A stretch of 47,353 nt of DNA from Promethearchaeota archaeon (GCA_016839585.1 JAEOTZ010000025.1:1-47353), one strand, 5' to 3'. Counted from the stretch's first letter, positions 10,460 to 20,093 are shown. A program made the numbers and translations. Notes: generated by a model from the sequence alone, not told the origin.

Positions 10460-10612
10460 ATGTCACAACTTGATGATGAACTTAAAAAGGCAATAAAGAA
10501 AGGTGTATCTCTTGAAAAGCCAGATCCTGAAGAATTAAAGAAGAGAGAAGAAGAGAAAAAGAAACGTATGGAAGAATTGGAAAAGGTTAAAGAAGCTTTA
10601 GGAGAGAAATAA
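10460..10612 (+). CDS. Small 50-aa protein, WH2-like N-terminus plus charged helix (not in ORF track)
   Basis: MSQLDDELKKAIKKGVSLEKPDPEELKKREEEKKKRMEELEKVKEALGEK; AGGTG at 10445-10449; T-run after the stop. Confidence 0.75.
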   Translation: MSQLDDELKKAIKKGVSLEKPDPEELKKREEEKKKRMEELEKVKEALGEK

Positions 10613-10615
10613 AGA

Positions 10616-10624
10616 TTTTTTTTT
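10616..10624 (+). terminator. Oligo-T tract, candidate archaeal terminator
   Basis: T9 run directly after the stop of the 50-aa ORF, with more T-runs following. Confidence 0.45.
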
Positions 10625-10755
10625 GATATTTTCTATATTTTTTTATTTATTTTTTAGATTGAACTTATATCAGATTCATTTTATAGTGATTTAATTTTTT
10701 TATTATCCATTATTCTATAATTTAAAGATTTTTTCTAAGGAGTATGAAATTTTAA

Positions 10756-11829
10756 TTGAAAATCCTTGAGTACAATCAAAAGCAACAAGAAATTACAGTG
10801 AAAATTGAAAGTTTATATGATCTTTGGATTTTATTTAATCTTATCTCTAAAAATGATAAAGTAGCTGCTCGAACTCAGCGAAGAATAGTTCTGAAAGAAG
10901 GATCTAAAGGCGAGAGAAAAACTATGTATTTAAAATTAAATGTTGAGGACGTATCCTTCCATGAATTTACAAATAGGCTAAGAATAAAAGGAACAATTTT
11001 AGAGGGTCCTGAGGATTTTGTGAGCTATGGGACATATCATACATTTAATATTGAAATTGGGCAGAAATTGACGATAAATAAAGAAAATTGGTTAAAAACT
11101 GAATTATCACGTTTACGAGAAACATCTAAATTTGAATCTAACTTTATCATGTTTTTCATTGCAATCGAGCGAGGGCTTGCGACCTTGGCAATCATTACGA
11201 ATTTTAGTCATAAAAGAATTGCTACAATAAAAAAGAATATTCCAGGTAAAAGATATGAACAATCTTACAGAAATAAAGCAATTTTAGAATTTTTTGAAGA
11301 TATCAAAAAAGTTTTGGTAGAAAATTTGAAAAACATTCAAATAAATTTAATTATTGTTTGCGGTCCTGGCAACACACGAGATCTTTTTATAAAATATATA
11401 AGAGATAAAATAAATTCTCAAAAAATTTGTGAAATTAGAAGTGTCTATGCGAGCTCTGGTACTGAAAGTGCAATATTAGAAGCATTAAAATCAAAAGAAT
11501 TGGGAAAGTTAAAATCGAATGCCAAAATATTGTTAGAATCAGAAAAAATTGAAGAAATCCTTAGAATATTTAGTACAGATGCAGATCTTATTGTCATAGG
11601 CATAAATGAAGTTTCACCAGCCGCAGAAAAAGGAGCTATCAAAGAATTATTTTTAGCTGATACTATGATAAGGGGAGCTAGCAAGAAACATAAACTCGGT
11701 ATAGAGAAGATAATAACAGATGTAGAAAATTCTGGTGGCATGATAAATATTTTAAGTAGTGAGCATCCCACTGGGCGACAAATAGTCGATTTAGGTTCAA
11801 TCATAGGCATTTTAAGATACAAATTTTAA
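10756..11829 (+). CDS. pelA: Pelota/Dom34 ribosome-rescue factor
   Basis: DLWILFNLI, RLRIKGTI, GTYHTFNIE, PGKRY, CGPG, SSEHPTGRQIVDLGSIIGILRY. Confidence 0.96.
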   Translation: MKILEYNQKQQEITVKIESLYDLWILFNLISKNDKVAARTQRRIVLKEGSKGERKTMYLKLNVEDVSFHEFTNRLRIKGTILEGPEDFVSYGTYHTFNIEIGQKLTINKENWLKTELSRLRETSKFESNFIMFFIAIERGLATLAIITNFSHKRIATIKKNIPGKRYEQSYRNKAILEFFEDIKKVLVENLKNIQINLIIVCGPGNTRDLFIKYIRDKINSQKICEIRSVYASSGTESAILEALKSKELGKLKSNAKILLESEKIEEILRIFSTDADLIVIGINEVSPAAEKGAIKELFLADTMIRGASKKHKLGIEKIITDVENSGGMINILSSEHPTGRQIVDLGSIIGILRYKF

Positions 11830-11836
11830 AAAAAAT

Positions 11837-12871
11837 ATGTCCTCTGAAGTTATTTATATTAATGAAAAATCGGATATTCCCTTATTTGGAGTCGATTTTA
11901 TAGGAGTAATCGATAGAGGTACAAATATTGTTGAATTAAAACCATTGACATTATGCAATCTAAAATGCCGATATTGTTTTGTAAGTGCAGGAGATTATAA
12001 AACCAATTTTATTGTATCATCAGATTATTTAATTGCAACTTTAGAAAATACAATCCAAATAAAAGGAAATTATGATATTGAAATTCATATTGCTCCCTAT
12101 GGAGAAATTTTACTATATTCTGAATTATTTATTCTATTAGAGAAATTATGGGAAATTGATGGAATAGAACGAATTTCTATGCAGAGTAATGGTTTAATGC
12201 TAAACAAAAAGACTATAAAGAAACTAGAAAATGCAAATCTTACTCAAATTAATATCAGCTTAAATACTTTAAGTCCAAGCAAGGCAAGTTATTTATGTGC
12301 ATGTAAAGAATATGATATGGATAGATTACTAGCCAATATTGATCTTTTACTTGATTCCAATATTAATGTATTACTTGCACCAGTTTGGTTTCCAAGGGAA
12401 AATGATGAGGATATTGAAGAAATTATAAAACTCGTGGTTAATAAAAGAAGAGAAGGATATTCAGAAAAAAAAATTCAATTAGGGATTCAAAAATATTTGA
12501 TATACCGAACTGGTCGGAAATTAAAGAAAATACGTCCTAAATCTTGGGATTATTTTTATACTCAACTAACCAAATTGGAAAAAAAATATGATATTAAATT
12601 AAAACTTGGTCCAAATGATTTTGGTATTCATAAAAGAGAGAAAACAATGCCTTTAAATTTAAAAAAAAATGAGATAGTTGACTTAAAGATTGTATCTAAT
12701 GGACGATGGAAACATGAATGTATAGGGAAAATTGATCCAAATATAGGAATAAAAGTGTTATTAAAAAAACCAATGATATATTCACCGGAACTATTAGGTA
12801 AAAAAATTAAAGCAAGGATTATTAAAGCCAATTTTAAAAATAATATTTTAACTGCTATTTTTCCATTCTAA
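11837..12871 (+). CDS. Radical SAM protein with C-terminal TRAM-like domain (COG2100-like)
   Basis: IPLFGVDFIGVIDRGTN, CNLKCRYC, SMQSNG, LLAPVW, DFGIHKR. Confidence 0.88.
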   Translation: MSSEVIYINEKSDIPLFGVDFIGVIDRGTNIVELKPLTLCNLKCRYCFVSAGDYKTNFIVSSDYLIATLENTIQIKGNYDIEIHIAPYGEILLYSELFILLEKLWEIDGIERISMQSNGLMLNKKTIKKLENANLTQINISLNTLSPSKASYLCACKEYDMDRLLANIDLLLDSNINVLLAPVWFPRENDEDIEEIIKLVVNKRREGYSEKKIQLGIQKYLIYRTGRKLKKIRPKSWDYFYTQLTKLEKKYDIKLKLGPNDFGIHKREKTMPLNLKKNEIVDLKIVSNGRWKHECIGKIDPNIGIKVLLKKPMIYSPELLGKKIKARIIKANFKNNILTAIFPF

Positions 12872-12962
12872 ATTAGAACATAAAAATAAATAAAGATGTT
12901 ATTATGATTAACATATAGTTAACATTTAATTAAAATATAAAAAACATATAAAAGATAATAAA

Positions 12963-13583
12963 ATGCCGATTATAACTCATGAAGATGAACTTGAGTTAGC
13001 TAAAATGGAAAAAGAATTAGTTGGGCAAATAAAGAAATTAATTAATGCCCAGAGTGTCTTAATTAGTTCTCAAACAAAATATGCTGAAAACATTACAAAA
13101 GCCAATATAACTCGAGAAATGCTTAATCGAACTTTTAGAGACGTTTTAAAGCAAATGCAAACTTTAGCCAGAGAGCACAGATCTAATATTAAAGATGAGG
13201 AAGTACATCTATATCAGGAAATTATTACTCAAAATGACAAATACATTGAGGGTAATAAAAGATATTTAAACGCAATAAAAGATTTAGCTGTACAAAAAGA
13301 CTATTTAGTAGAAAAGAAAAAGGAATTTGCTGATGCTTTATCTGATGTAGCCAATAAAAGATCAACTGTGATAAAAAAGGCATTAAACGTCGAAAAAGTT
13401 AAAAATAAATTAGTTGATGGTGATAAATTAAATATCCTCGATCAAGAATTAAATGACGTTCAACGTGATTTTGATAGGGCTCGTGACATACTAATTAAAA
13501 AAATCCATCAATTTAAAGAGATTAAAAAAGAGATTAATACATTATGGATTAAGTTAAAAGATACTGTTACTGAATTAAGTTAG
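12963..13583 (+). CDS. All-helical ~200-aa protein, BAR-domain-like
   Basis: Three long amphipathic helices; KRSTVIKKALNVEKVKNK-LVDGDKLNILDQELNDVQRDFDRARDIL..IHQF resembles the SNX-BAR helix2-tip-helix3 pattern. Confidence 0.55.
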   Translation: MPIITHEDELELAKMEKELVGQIKKLINAQSVLISSQTKYAENITKANITREMLNRTFRDVLKQMQTLAREHRSNIKDEEVHLYQEIITQNDKYIEGNKRYLNAIKDLAVQKDYLVEKKKEFADALSDVANKRSTVIKKALNVEKVKNKLVDGDKLNILDQELNDVQRDFDRARDILIKKIHQFKEIKKEINTLWIKLKDTVTELS

Positions 13584-13682
13584 ATATATTTTTCGTTTAA
13601 ACTTAAATTTATTAAACAAAAATCTATATAATTATTAGATAAAGGAATTTAGATCTTTAATAAATAAAATAGGAAGTTTTAT

Positions 13683-14117
13683 ATGGCAGAAGAATTCGCA
13701 AATTTTCTCTCAGAAACCCGAAAAGCACCATTAGAAGAAAAACTTAATGCTTTTGGTGATATTGTTGAAAAAATTATGCAAATAATTCTTAAAATTCCAG
13801 ATTTAGTTGATCAAAGTATCCAAAATATCAATTCAAAAGTTTCAAGTTTACAAACTCAAGTAAATGCTATTAATAGCAGTCTTGGTGGTGGCAAAGGTGC
13901 AGGAGCAGCAGTATCTCCTGCTATTACATCAACAGCAGCTTCTCCCAGTCCCAGAACCCCATCTGGAGGCCCCCCACCTCCCCCTGGAGGTCCGCCTGGA
14001 GGTCCGCCTGGAGGTCCGCCTGGAGGAGGACGTCCTGCCAGTCCCATGTCATTAAGAGGAGCAATTATGGGAGAATTAAAAGAGCTATTTGCACGACGGA
14101 AAACTCGAAGTGAGTGA
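13683..14117 (+). CDS. Coiled-coil + polyproline + C-terminal amphipathic/basic motif protein (candidate actin regulator)
   Basis: N-terminal heptads; GGPPPPP(GGPP)3; C-terminal SLRGAIMGELKELFARRK. Confidence 0.7.
   Translation: MAEEFANFLSETRKAPLEEKLNAFGDIVEKIMQIILKIPDLVDQSIQNINSKVSSLQTQVNAINSSLGGGKGAGAAVSPAITSTAASPSPRTPSGGPPPPPGGPPGGPPGGPPGGGRPASPMSLRGAIMGELKELFARRKTRSE
13983..14024 (+). repeat. 12-bp tandem repeat CCTGGAGGTCCG x3.5, encoding PGGP
   Basis: Three exact copies plus CCTGGA; GC-rich patch in AT-rich DNA. Confidence 0.95.
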
Positions 14118-14300
14118 AATATTTTAGTTAGAAACACTAATATCTGTTTATTTTTTAGTTATAAATAAACAATGTTCCTTACTTTTTTTTATAAGTTTAC
14201 TATATTCTTAAAAATTTAAAATTTAAGATTATACCATGAATTTCAAATAAAAATAAAAATTTTAAAAATTTTACATAAGTACTAATGTGAATTTAAATGG

Positions 14301-16055
14301 TTGAAACTATTGCTCCCTTCTGAAGAAAAACCAAGGATTGAAATTACAGTCAATGTAGCACACGATCTACAAAGACAATTACTTGAGATTCCATCTTTTT
14401 TAAGAGTTATGAATAATTATTATCAAAAGAAAACAAATCTTCAGAGACAAATAAAATCACTATTCTTAAAAAGATTTAAGGAAGGATGTCTGGAAGACAA
14501 TAAAGATTGGCTCCATACAATTCCTACTGCTTTAAATGCCTTGAGTGATGACTTTTTAAGTAAAAAAGATTCCTTTAAATTCCCAGATAATATAATACTT
14601 TTTGAAGCATGGATGCATTTAGGTATAGAGGCTCTTTATCCTCGTGTTGTTTTACATTTTAAATTTCCTGGTTTTTTAAAAGGAGAAAAAGTTAGAAATG
14701 TTTTTCAATTCATATTTTCCACTTCTCGTGGATTTGGCTTTCCAATTTATTTTGGTCCTGAATTCTATGAATATAAACTTAAATTCACAAAGATTATTGA
14801 ACCTATTTTAAAATGGGGTTATACTGTATGTCACAGAGCAAATCAGGCAATCATTATTGGAAATAAACGTCTTAAATCGAAAAGACATCACCCCGGAGAA
14901 TTTGAATTAGTAATCATTTCCGAATACGATAATAATAAATTCAAAGCAATAGATACACTTCTCCATGGTTATTTTACAAATGCTCCTAGAAATTTGGGAA
15001 AATATTTTTCTTTGGATAATGTTCTCCAGAATACTACTTTCTCTTATTCCATAGGAGATCATGCAATGAGAGTGAAAAAAAAATTAATGGAAAAAACTTT
15101 ACCAATTCCATTACTTTCTCATGATTTTATCGTTTATAAGTATGATATAGATTTCTCTACCTATATTAAAAAATTAAAGGTAGTTAATGAATTATTAATT
15201 AAAAAAATTGGTGCTTTTAAAGAGAAGAGAAGCAATCTCATAAATAACTTGAAAAAGAGTGATAAGATAAAATTTAGACTTGAACAATCAAAACGTTTTG
15301 CAAAAGAATTTGCTCAAATGAAGCAAAAACTTTCAGAAAAATATCCAATAATAGATAAGTATGGGCATTATAAAACGTTATTAGGAAAAATTAAAGATTT
15401 ATTATTTACTACACCTCTTTATATGCATACTATCCATTCCACTGACGAAAAAGAACAACTATTCAAATTTCTAATAAGTAAAAAAGAGGATATTGAAGAA
15501 ACAGAAAAAAATTCGGCAAAATCCATCTTTTTATCATTTATTAAAGATTATGAAAAAAAACATGATTTTTTATTTGAAGAAGATGAAGTTTTAGAAGGAT
15601 TAGAAGATTTAAAAGATAATATGGCAAAAATATGGTTAATTTTTAAAGAAAGGCATCTCAATCTAGCGTTAAAAAGATTAAATGAAATGTCAACATTATC
15701 GATAGAAGATCCAGATTATAAGAAAAAAATTAATGATTATTTGGATAAACTTCTACCAATACTTTCTATTTATGAGATTTTTAATAGACCGTTATCTGAA
15801 TCCGTCTACCCTGAATCTATATCCCAAACTAAAAGATTAGGAGCCTATATTGCGCAATTTTTAACATCAAAATATAATCCAATAGGTATAAACCTCATGA
15901 AACTGTTTAATCGATTATCCTTTCAAAATTGGAGTTATTTAGTATTAAAAAAGAAATTAAACCGAAAGCAGTTTTTTAATTATCTCTTAAAACTACCAAT
16001 TTGGAAACATATTCCAATTAAAATTAAGATGAAAATTTTAAATTATGAGACTTAA
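14301..16055 (+). CDS. Hypothetical protein, 584 aa
   Basis: Long ORF, alpha/beta N-half and helical C-half, no recognised motif. Confidence 0.8.
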   Translation: MKLLLPSEEKPRIEITVNVAHDLQRQLLEIPSFLRVMNNYYQKKTNLQRQIKSLFLKRFKEGCLEDNKDWLHTIPTALNALSDDFLSKKDSFKFPDNIILFEAWMHLGIEALYPRVVLHFKFPGFLKGEKVRNVFQFIFSTSRGFGFPIYFGPEFYEYKLKFTKIIEPILKWGYTVCHRANQAIIIGNKRLKSKRHHPGEFELVIISEYDNNKFKAIDTLLHGYFTNAPRNLGKYFSLDNVLQNTTFSYSIGDHAMRVKKKLMEKTLPIPLLSHDFIVYKYDIDFSTYIKKLKVVNELLIKKIGAFKEKRSNLINNLKKSDKIKFRLEQSKRFAKEFAQMKQKLSEKYPIIDKYGHYKTLLGKIKDLLFTTPLYMHTIHSTDEKEQLFKFLISKKEDIEETEKNSAKSIFLSFIKDYEKKHDFLFEEDEVLEGLEDLKDNMAKIWLIFKERHLNLALKRLNEMSTLSIEDPDYKKKINDYLDKLLPILSIYEIFNRPLSESVYPESISQTKRLGAYIAQFLTSKYNPIGINLMKLFNRLSFQNWSYLVLKKKLNRKQFFNYLLKLPIWKHIPIKIKMKILNYET

Positions 16056-16074
16056 GTATCATAACAATGAAATT

Positions 16075-16653
16075 TTAAAATTCTAGAAATCCTGGATCAT
16101 CAAAGATATCTTCTATTTTTCGCTCTTTCTTTATTTTTGTTTCACTTTCAGCAAATAAGGACTCTTCATCTGTTCTAACACCTCGTTCTAATTCCTCTGT
16201 ATCAAGCTTCAATAAAGTATCCTTTTCAAGCTTTTTATATTGTTCAGCTTTCATTTTCCAGTCATTAACTTTGTCCATATCGATATTATCTTCCTCTAAT
16301 AATATTGCCGCTTTTATTCTGCAAAGATCCGACAATATAGAGTAAGCTAATGCAAGTTCACCCCATTCACCTTTTTCTTTCAATCTTCCAACTCTTTTTT
16401 CTAATCTCAAGAGTTCTTGATCTGCATAATGAATATCTATAAAATCTCCAAAAGCATCTACTGGTTCTGAAATTGCATTCACCAATACTTCCTTGGTTAA
16501 TCCACAATTCCCACATTTTACTGTAGCAAAAGCACCCTTCTTTTTTATATCAGTAACTTTTACACTTTTTTCACCACACTCTGGGCATGTAAATATTTTG
16601 GGTACTTTCTTAACTCTTTTATATGTTGGCTGTTTCCTTTTTCTTCTTCCCAT
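16075..16653 (-). CDS. elf1: Transcription elongation factor Elf1 with long C-terminal extension
   Basis: MGRRKRK, KIFTCPECG...VKCGNCGL...EPVDAFGDFID. Confidence 0.92.
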   Translation of the reverse strand: MGRRKRKQPTYKRVKKVPKIFTCPECGEKSVKVTDIKKKGAFATVKCGNCGLTKEVLVNAISEPVDAFGDFIDIHYADQELLRLEKRVGRLKEKGEWGELALAYSILSDLCRIKAAILLEEDNIDMDKVNDWKMKAEQYKKLEKDTLLKLDTEELERGVRTDEESLFAESETKIKKERKIEDIFDDPGFLEF

Positions 16654-16846
16654 TGAAATTCATCATATGAGTTCTAATTAAAATAACTTTAACATGAAAA
16701 AGAAGAATTTAAATCTAAAAAATTTTCCTATTTTGAATTACCAGTCTATGGAAATCGTAAAATTTTTTAGGAATGGATAATTATTTTAATCACTCTTTTT
16801 CACTGATTAATTTTCGCAATTTAAAAATAATAAGAGGATTTTAGGC

Positions 16847-17944
16847 ATGGAACATAATAAATTATCATTAGAATATGATAGGAATTTAATTAACAGTTTA
16901 CTTAATGACATTAATTGTAAATATTTAATTTTCTTTTTATACATAATTAGAAAAGACTTATTTAAGGATTCCGACCCGGAACTGATAAGCAAGTATGAAC
17001 GAGTTATCATTTTAGACGAAATTTTTAAAAATAACGTTGAAACCTTCTGGGATCAAGATTTTATAGATATAATAATAGACCTAGGGTTATTTAAAAATAT
17101 AAGAAATCGTAGTGATTATAATCGAAAGGAAGGTGATTTTATTTTAAGAATGGGTGACATAACAATAACAGTTGAGAAGGATACAATATTAACTCCTATA
17201 GATACACTTTCCAGTATGATAAATCGGAGGTTTAAGTCTTCCAAATTTAATGATTTTAGCTCTTGTATTACAAAATTAAAAGAAATAAGATGTGAATTAA
17301 CCAGCACAACTCATAGACTAATATATGAAATAGGAGAAGAAGATCTTGTTTTATCAGATGATTTGTATGAACTTCTAGATGAAATCGGAAACATCTATCA
17401 AGCCATTAAAATCGAATTTACTATCGAAGAATTCTACAGAAAATTTAAAGAAAACCAAGAAAAACTAATGAGTTATACTTCTATTTTTGATCCATTGCTC
17501 GATAAAATGGTTGATATCAAACAAACTATAAAGAAAGATGGCTCAAAAGAAGAAATTATTGAATTTAAATTAGGAGGGTTAAAAAAAATAAAGAGATCTT
17601 TAGAAGATACCGTTGAAATCGAAAAAGACCAGAAACTCGAGTTTATTGGAGTGAATTTTAACTTCAAATTATCAGAGAAAATTGTAAATATTAATCTATC
17701 TGCTTTAAATTACCAAACTCTTAAAAAGCTTCAAATTAACATGGAGAATTTAAATAGAGAACTAAAAGAAATAAAGAGTTACTACTCTGGAAAGAATAGA
17801 AAATATAACTATTTAGAATTTCTTGAAAAAATTCCTGAACTTAAAGATGAGATTCAAAAATTATTAATAACTACCAAAAGTAATATAGAATATATTATTG
17901 AAATGATGAGTTCAATAGAAAGCCAATTAATAAAAATTGATTAA
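16847..17944 (+). CDS. Hypothetical protein, possible winged-helix + helical bundle
   Basis: 365-aa ORF; LSSMINRRF..DFSSCITKLKE..LIYE..LVLSDDLYELL followed by coiled helices. Confidence 0.75.
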   Translation: MEHNKLSLEYDRNLINSLLNDINCKYLIFFLYIIRKDLFKDSDPELISKYERVIILDEIFKNNVETFWDQDFIDIIIDLGLFKNIRNRSDYNRKEGDFILRMGDITITVEKDTILTPIDTLSSMINRRFKSSKFNDFSSCITKLKEIRCELTSTTHRLIYEIGEEDLVLSDDLYELLDEIGNIYQAIKIEFTIEEFYRKFKENQEKLMSYTSIFDPLLDKMVDIKQTIKKDGSKEEIIEFKLGGLKKIKRSLEDTVEIEKDQKLEFIGVNFNFKLSEKIVNINLSALNYQTLKKLQINMENLNRELKEIKSYYSGKNRKYNYLEFLEKIPELKDEIQKLLITTKSNIEYIIEMMSSIESQLIKID

Positions 17945-17963
17945 ATTATTTATGTGAATATCT

Positions 17964-18914
17964 TTGGTCGAATGTCCCTCATGTAAGATAAAAATGGAAC
18001 CTCTTGTGGTTGGGATCTTTCAATGTCCCAATTGTAAAGTCATTATAAAAGAGAAGGTAGAGAAGAAAGAAGCACAAGAAGAAGAAATTAAAGACGATCT
18101 TGTAAAAGATGGTAAAAATTTCAATTTAAATCGTAAATATGAAATTCCTGAAAAAGGAATTGTCGTAAAGGACGGTAAATTTGCTGTTTTGTTATGCCAT
18201 AGTGCTTATTTAAAAAGTGATAGATATATTCGCTTATCGTGGTGGAAGAATTCTTTTACCCAACATGTTGGTATGATGAAAATTACAGAAAAAGATGTTT
18301 TAAAAAACTTGATTATTGCTTTAGAAAAAATAGATAAGGCATTCGATGATTTCTGGGGTTGGCATGGAACATTTGGAAACAAAAAAGAAAAAACTGCGGA
18401 ACAAATAGAAAGAGAAAAACAATATGATATTATTAAATACAGGATCATAGAAAACCGAACATGTCCAACCTGCCAAAATAAGATGAATAAAGGAAAATTA
18501 CATTATGAATGTACCCACTGTGGTGAAATAGTTGTTTTTGAAGGTTATAATCAGCCTATATTCAATCTTGATTCAAAAAATTTAAGTTTAGATTTTGAAG
18601 GAAATTTTCCAATAAATTTTTACATGCCCTTAAGTGGTATAACTATTAAAAGGTTGATGGGTGAATGGAAAGCTTTGGTTGTTATTTATTCGAAAAATAA
18701 TCCAAACAAGAAGTGGCTGAGATTCTATTGGTGGGTTAGAGATTTATCTAGTTTCATAAAGTCTGGTTATCGTGAAATGGGCGATGGAACTCAAATGGGC
18801 TGGAGTACTCAGAAAGGGGCAGGTTCAACAAATATTTATGATAAAAAAGAACTTAAAAAATTAATAGACGCTTTAAAAAGAATTGCACAGGAAATAAACT
18901 GGAAAATAAATTAA
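17964..18914 (+). CDS. Two (Zn-ribbon + PC4-like) repeats; putative nucleic-acid-binding protein
   Basis: CPSC..CPNC and CPTC..CTHC; repeats AVLL..YIRLSWW..KDVLKNLIIALEKI and ALVV..WLRFYWW..KKELKKLIDALKRI. Confidence 0.65.
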   Translation: MVECPSCKIKMEPLVVGIFQCPNCKVIIKEKVEKKEAQEEEIKDDLVKDGKNFNLNRKYEIPEKGIVVKDGKFAVLLCHSAYLKSDRYIRLSWWKNSFTQHVGMMKITEKDVLKNLIIALEKIDKAFDDFWGWHGTFGNKKEKTAEQIEREKQYDIIKYRIIENRTCPTCQNKMNKGKLHYECTHCGEIVVFEGYNQPIFNLDSKNLSLDFEGNFPINFYMPLSGITIKRLMGEWKALVVIYSKNNPNKKWLRFYWWVRDLSSFIKSGYREMGDGTQMGWSTQKGAGSTNIYDKKELKKLIDALKRIAQEINWKIN

Positions 18915-18929
18915 GATGAGGTTGAATAT

Positions 18930-20093
18930 ATGTCAATTATTCCGGCATTGAAATGTTCATGGAATGAACTATTGGATAATTTTATAAAAGGATTAGATAA
19001 TGCAATTGTTGAATTGAATGCACATAGTATTGATACTATCGCAGGAGCATTACCACTTCTATTAGATCGACTAAGAATAATGCAAAATAATTTCCCGGCA
19101 AACAATGGACAAATCTTTAAACAAACTATAGATGACATCATTCAGAACGCTTTTTTTCCTGAAAATCTGACTTTTGCACAAAGTTTTGAAAAGATCCTTA
19201 ATTCTAGAACACATGAGCAAGATTTTATCATAAACGAATTAGTAAATGGCTTTATCACCTCAAAAGCAAAAGCAATTGCATCCTACTCGCAAGGACCGAT
19301 AATTGATCGAATGGTTGAGGCTTTTTCTAAAAGAAATGATTTTCACATTGTAGATCATCAATTTTATGCCATGTTTGGAGATCCGAATGTGCCAAGAACA
19401 TACGTGATGATTAATCTCCAAATACTTATTGATCTTTTTGGATTAGTTTCGGAAGAGCTTGTTATTCAAAAAGATATAAGAAAAAGTGAAGAAAAAGTAT
19501 ATACTTTTTACACTTTTCCAAACGATATTCTTAACGTCCTCAAAAAAAAATACTTAATTACAAATCCAGTTACAGGTAATCTTTCCGTTTCCGAAGCTTT
19601 TGACAGAAATGTATTTATTTGTTTATTTTTAGCAAATATCGCAGTAAATCGAAGTAACCTGAGCAGTATTGGAGGTAAATATACAGTTAATGGTATATCT
19701 GCTATTTTTGCCCTTATATTAGTATTAAGTTTTATGCCAAAAATGACAGCCACTCCTCAGCTACTTAAGCATCCATCATTTTCAAGCCCTAATGTATCCA
19801 TAAGTGTAATTCCAAAATCTTGGATGATGAAAAAAGTTTTGGAGTCAATATTTGAACCTCTCATAAAAATAATTGCTTTCAGACTGGGTGGAATACAGTG
19901 GTGCGAAGCAATAATTGATACGGAAATTAATAAAAAAATTCATACTCAAATCAGATTTCTCTTAAAAGATGTGAATAAATGGATTTTAGGTGAATTATGT
20001 CGAGTTGAAATTCCAATTTTTATAGAAATATTAAATACCATACAGGTGACTCTACAAGCTCAACAAAGTGGAAGAACAACAACGACTCCATAA
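18930..20093 (+). CDS. Hypothetical protein, 387 aa
   Basis: Long ORF with GAGGT upstream; no recognised motif. Confidence 0.8.
   Translation: MSIIPALKCSWNELLDNFIKGLDNAIVELNAHSIDTIAGALPLLLDRLRIMQNNFPANNGQIFKQTIDDIIQNAFFPENLTFAQSFEKILNSRTHEQDFIINELVNGFITSKAKAIASYSQGPIIDRMVEAFSKRNDFHIVDHQFYAMFGDPNVPRTYVMINLQILIDLFGLVSEELVIQKDIRKSEEKVYTFYTFPNDILNVLKKKYLITNPVTGNLSVSEAFDRNVFICLFLANIAVNRSNLSSIGGKYTVNGISAIFALILVLSFMPKMTATPQLLKHPSFSSPNVSISVIPKSWMMKKVLESIFEPLIKIIAFRLGGIQWCEAIIDTEINKKIHTQIRFLLKDVNKWILGELCRVEIPIFIEILNTIQVTLQAQQSGRTTTTP

Noticed and set aside
13856-14137. Minus-strand ORF that also reads PPGGPPGG
   Set aside because: Gly/Pro codons are mutually complementary; the plus-strand ORF has the coherent architecture and operon context
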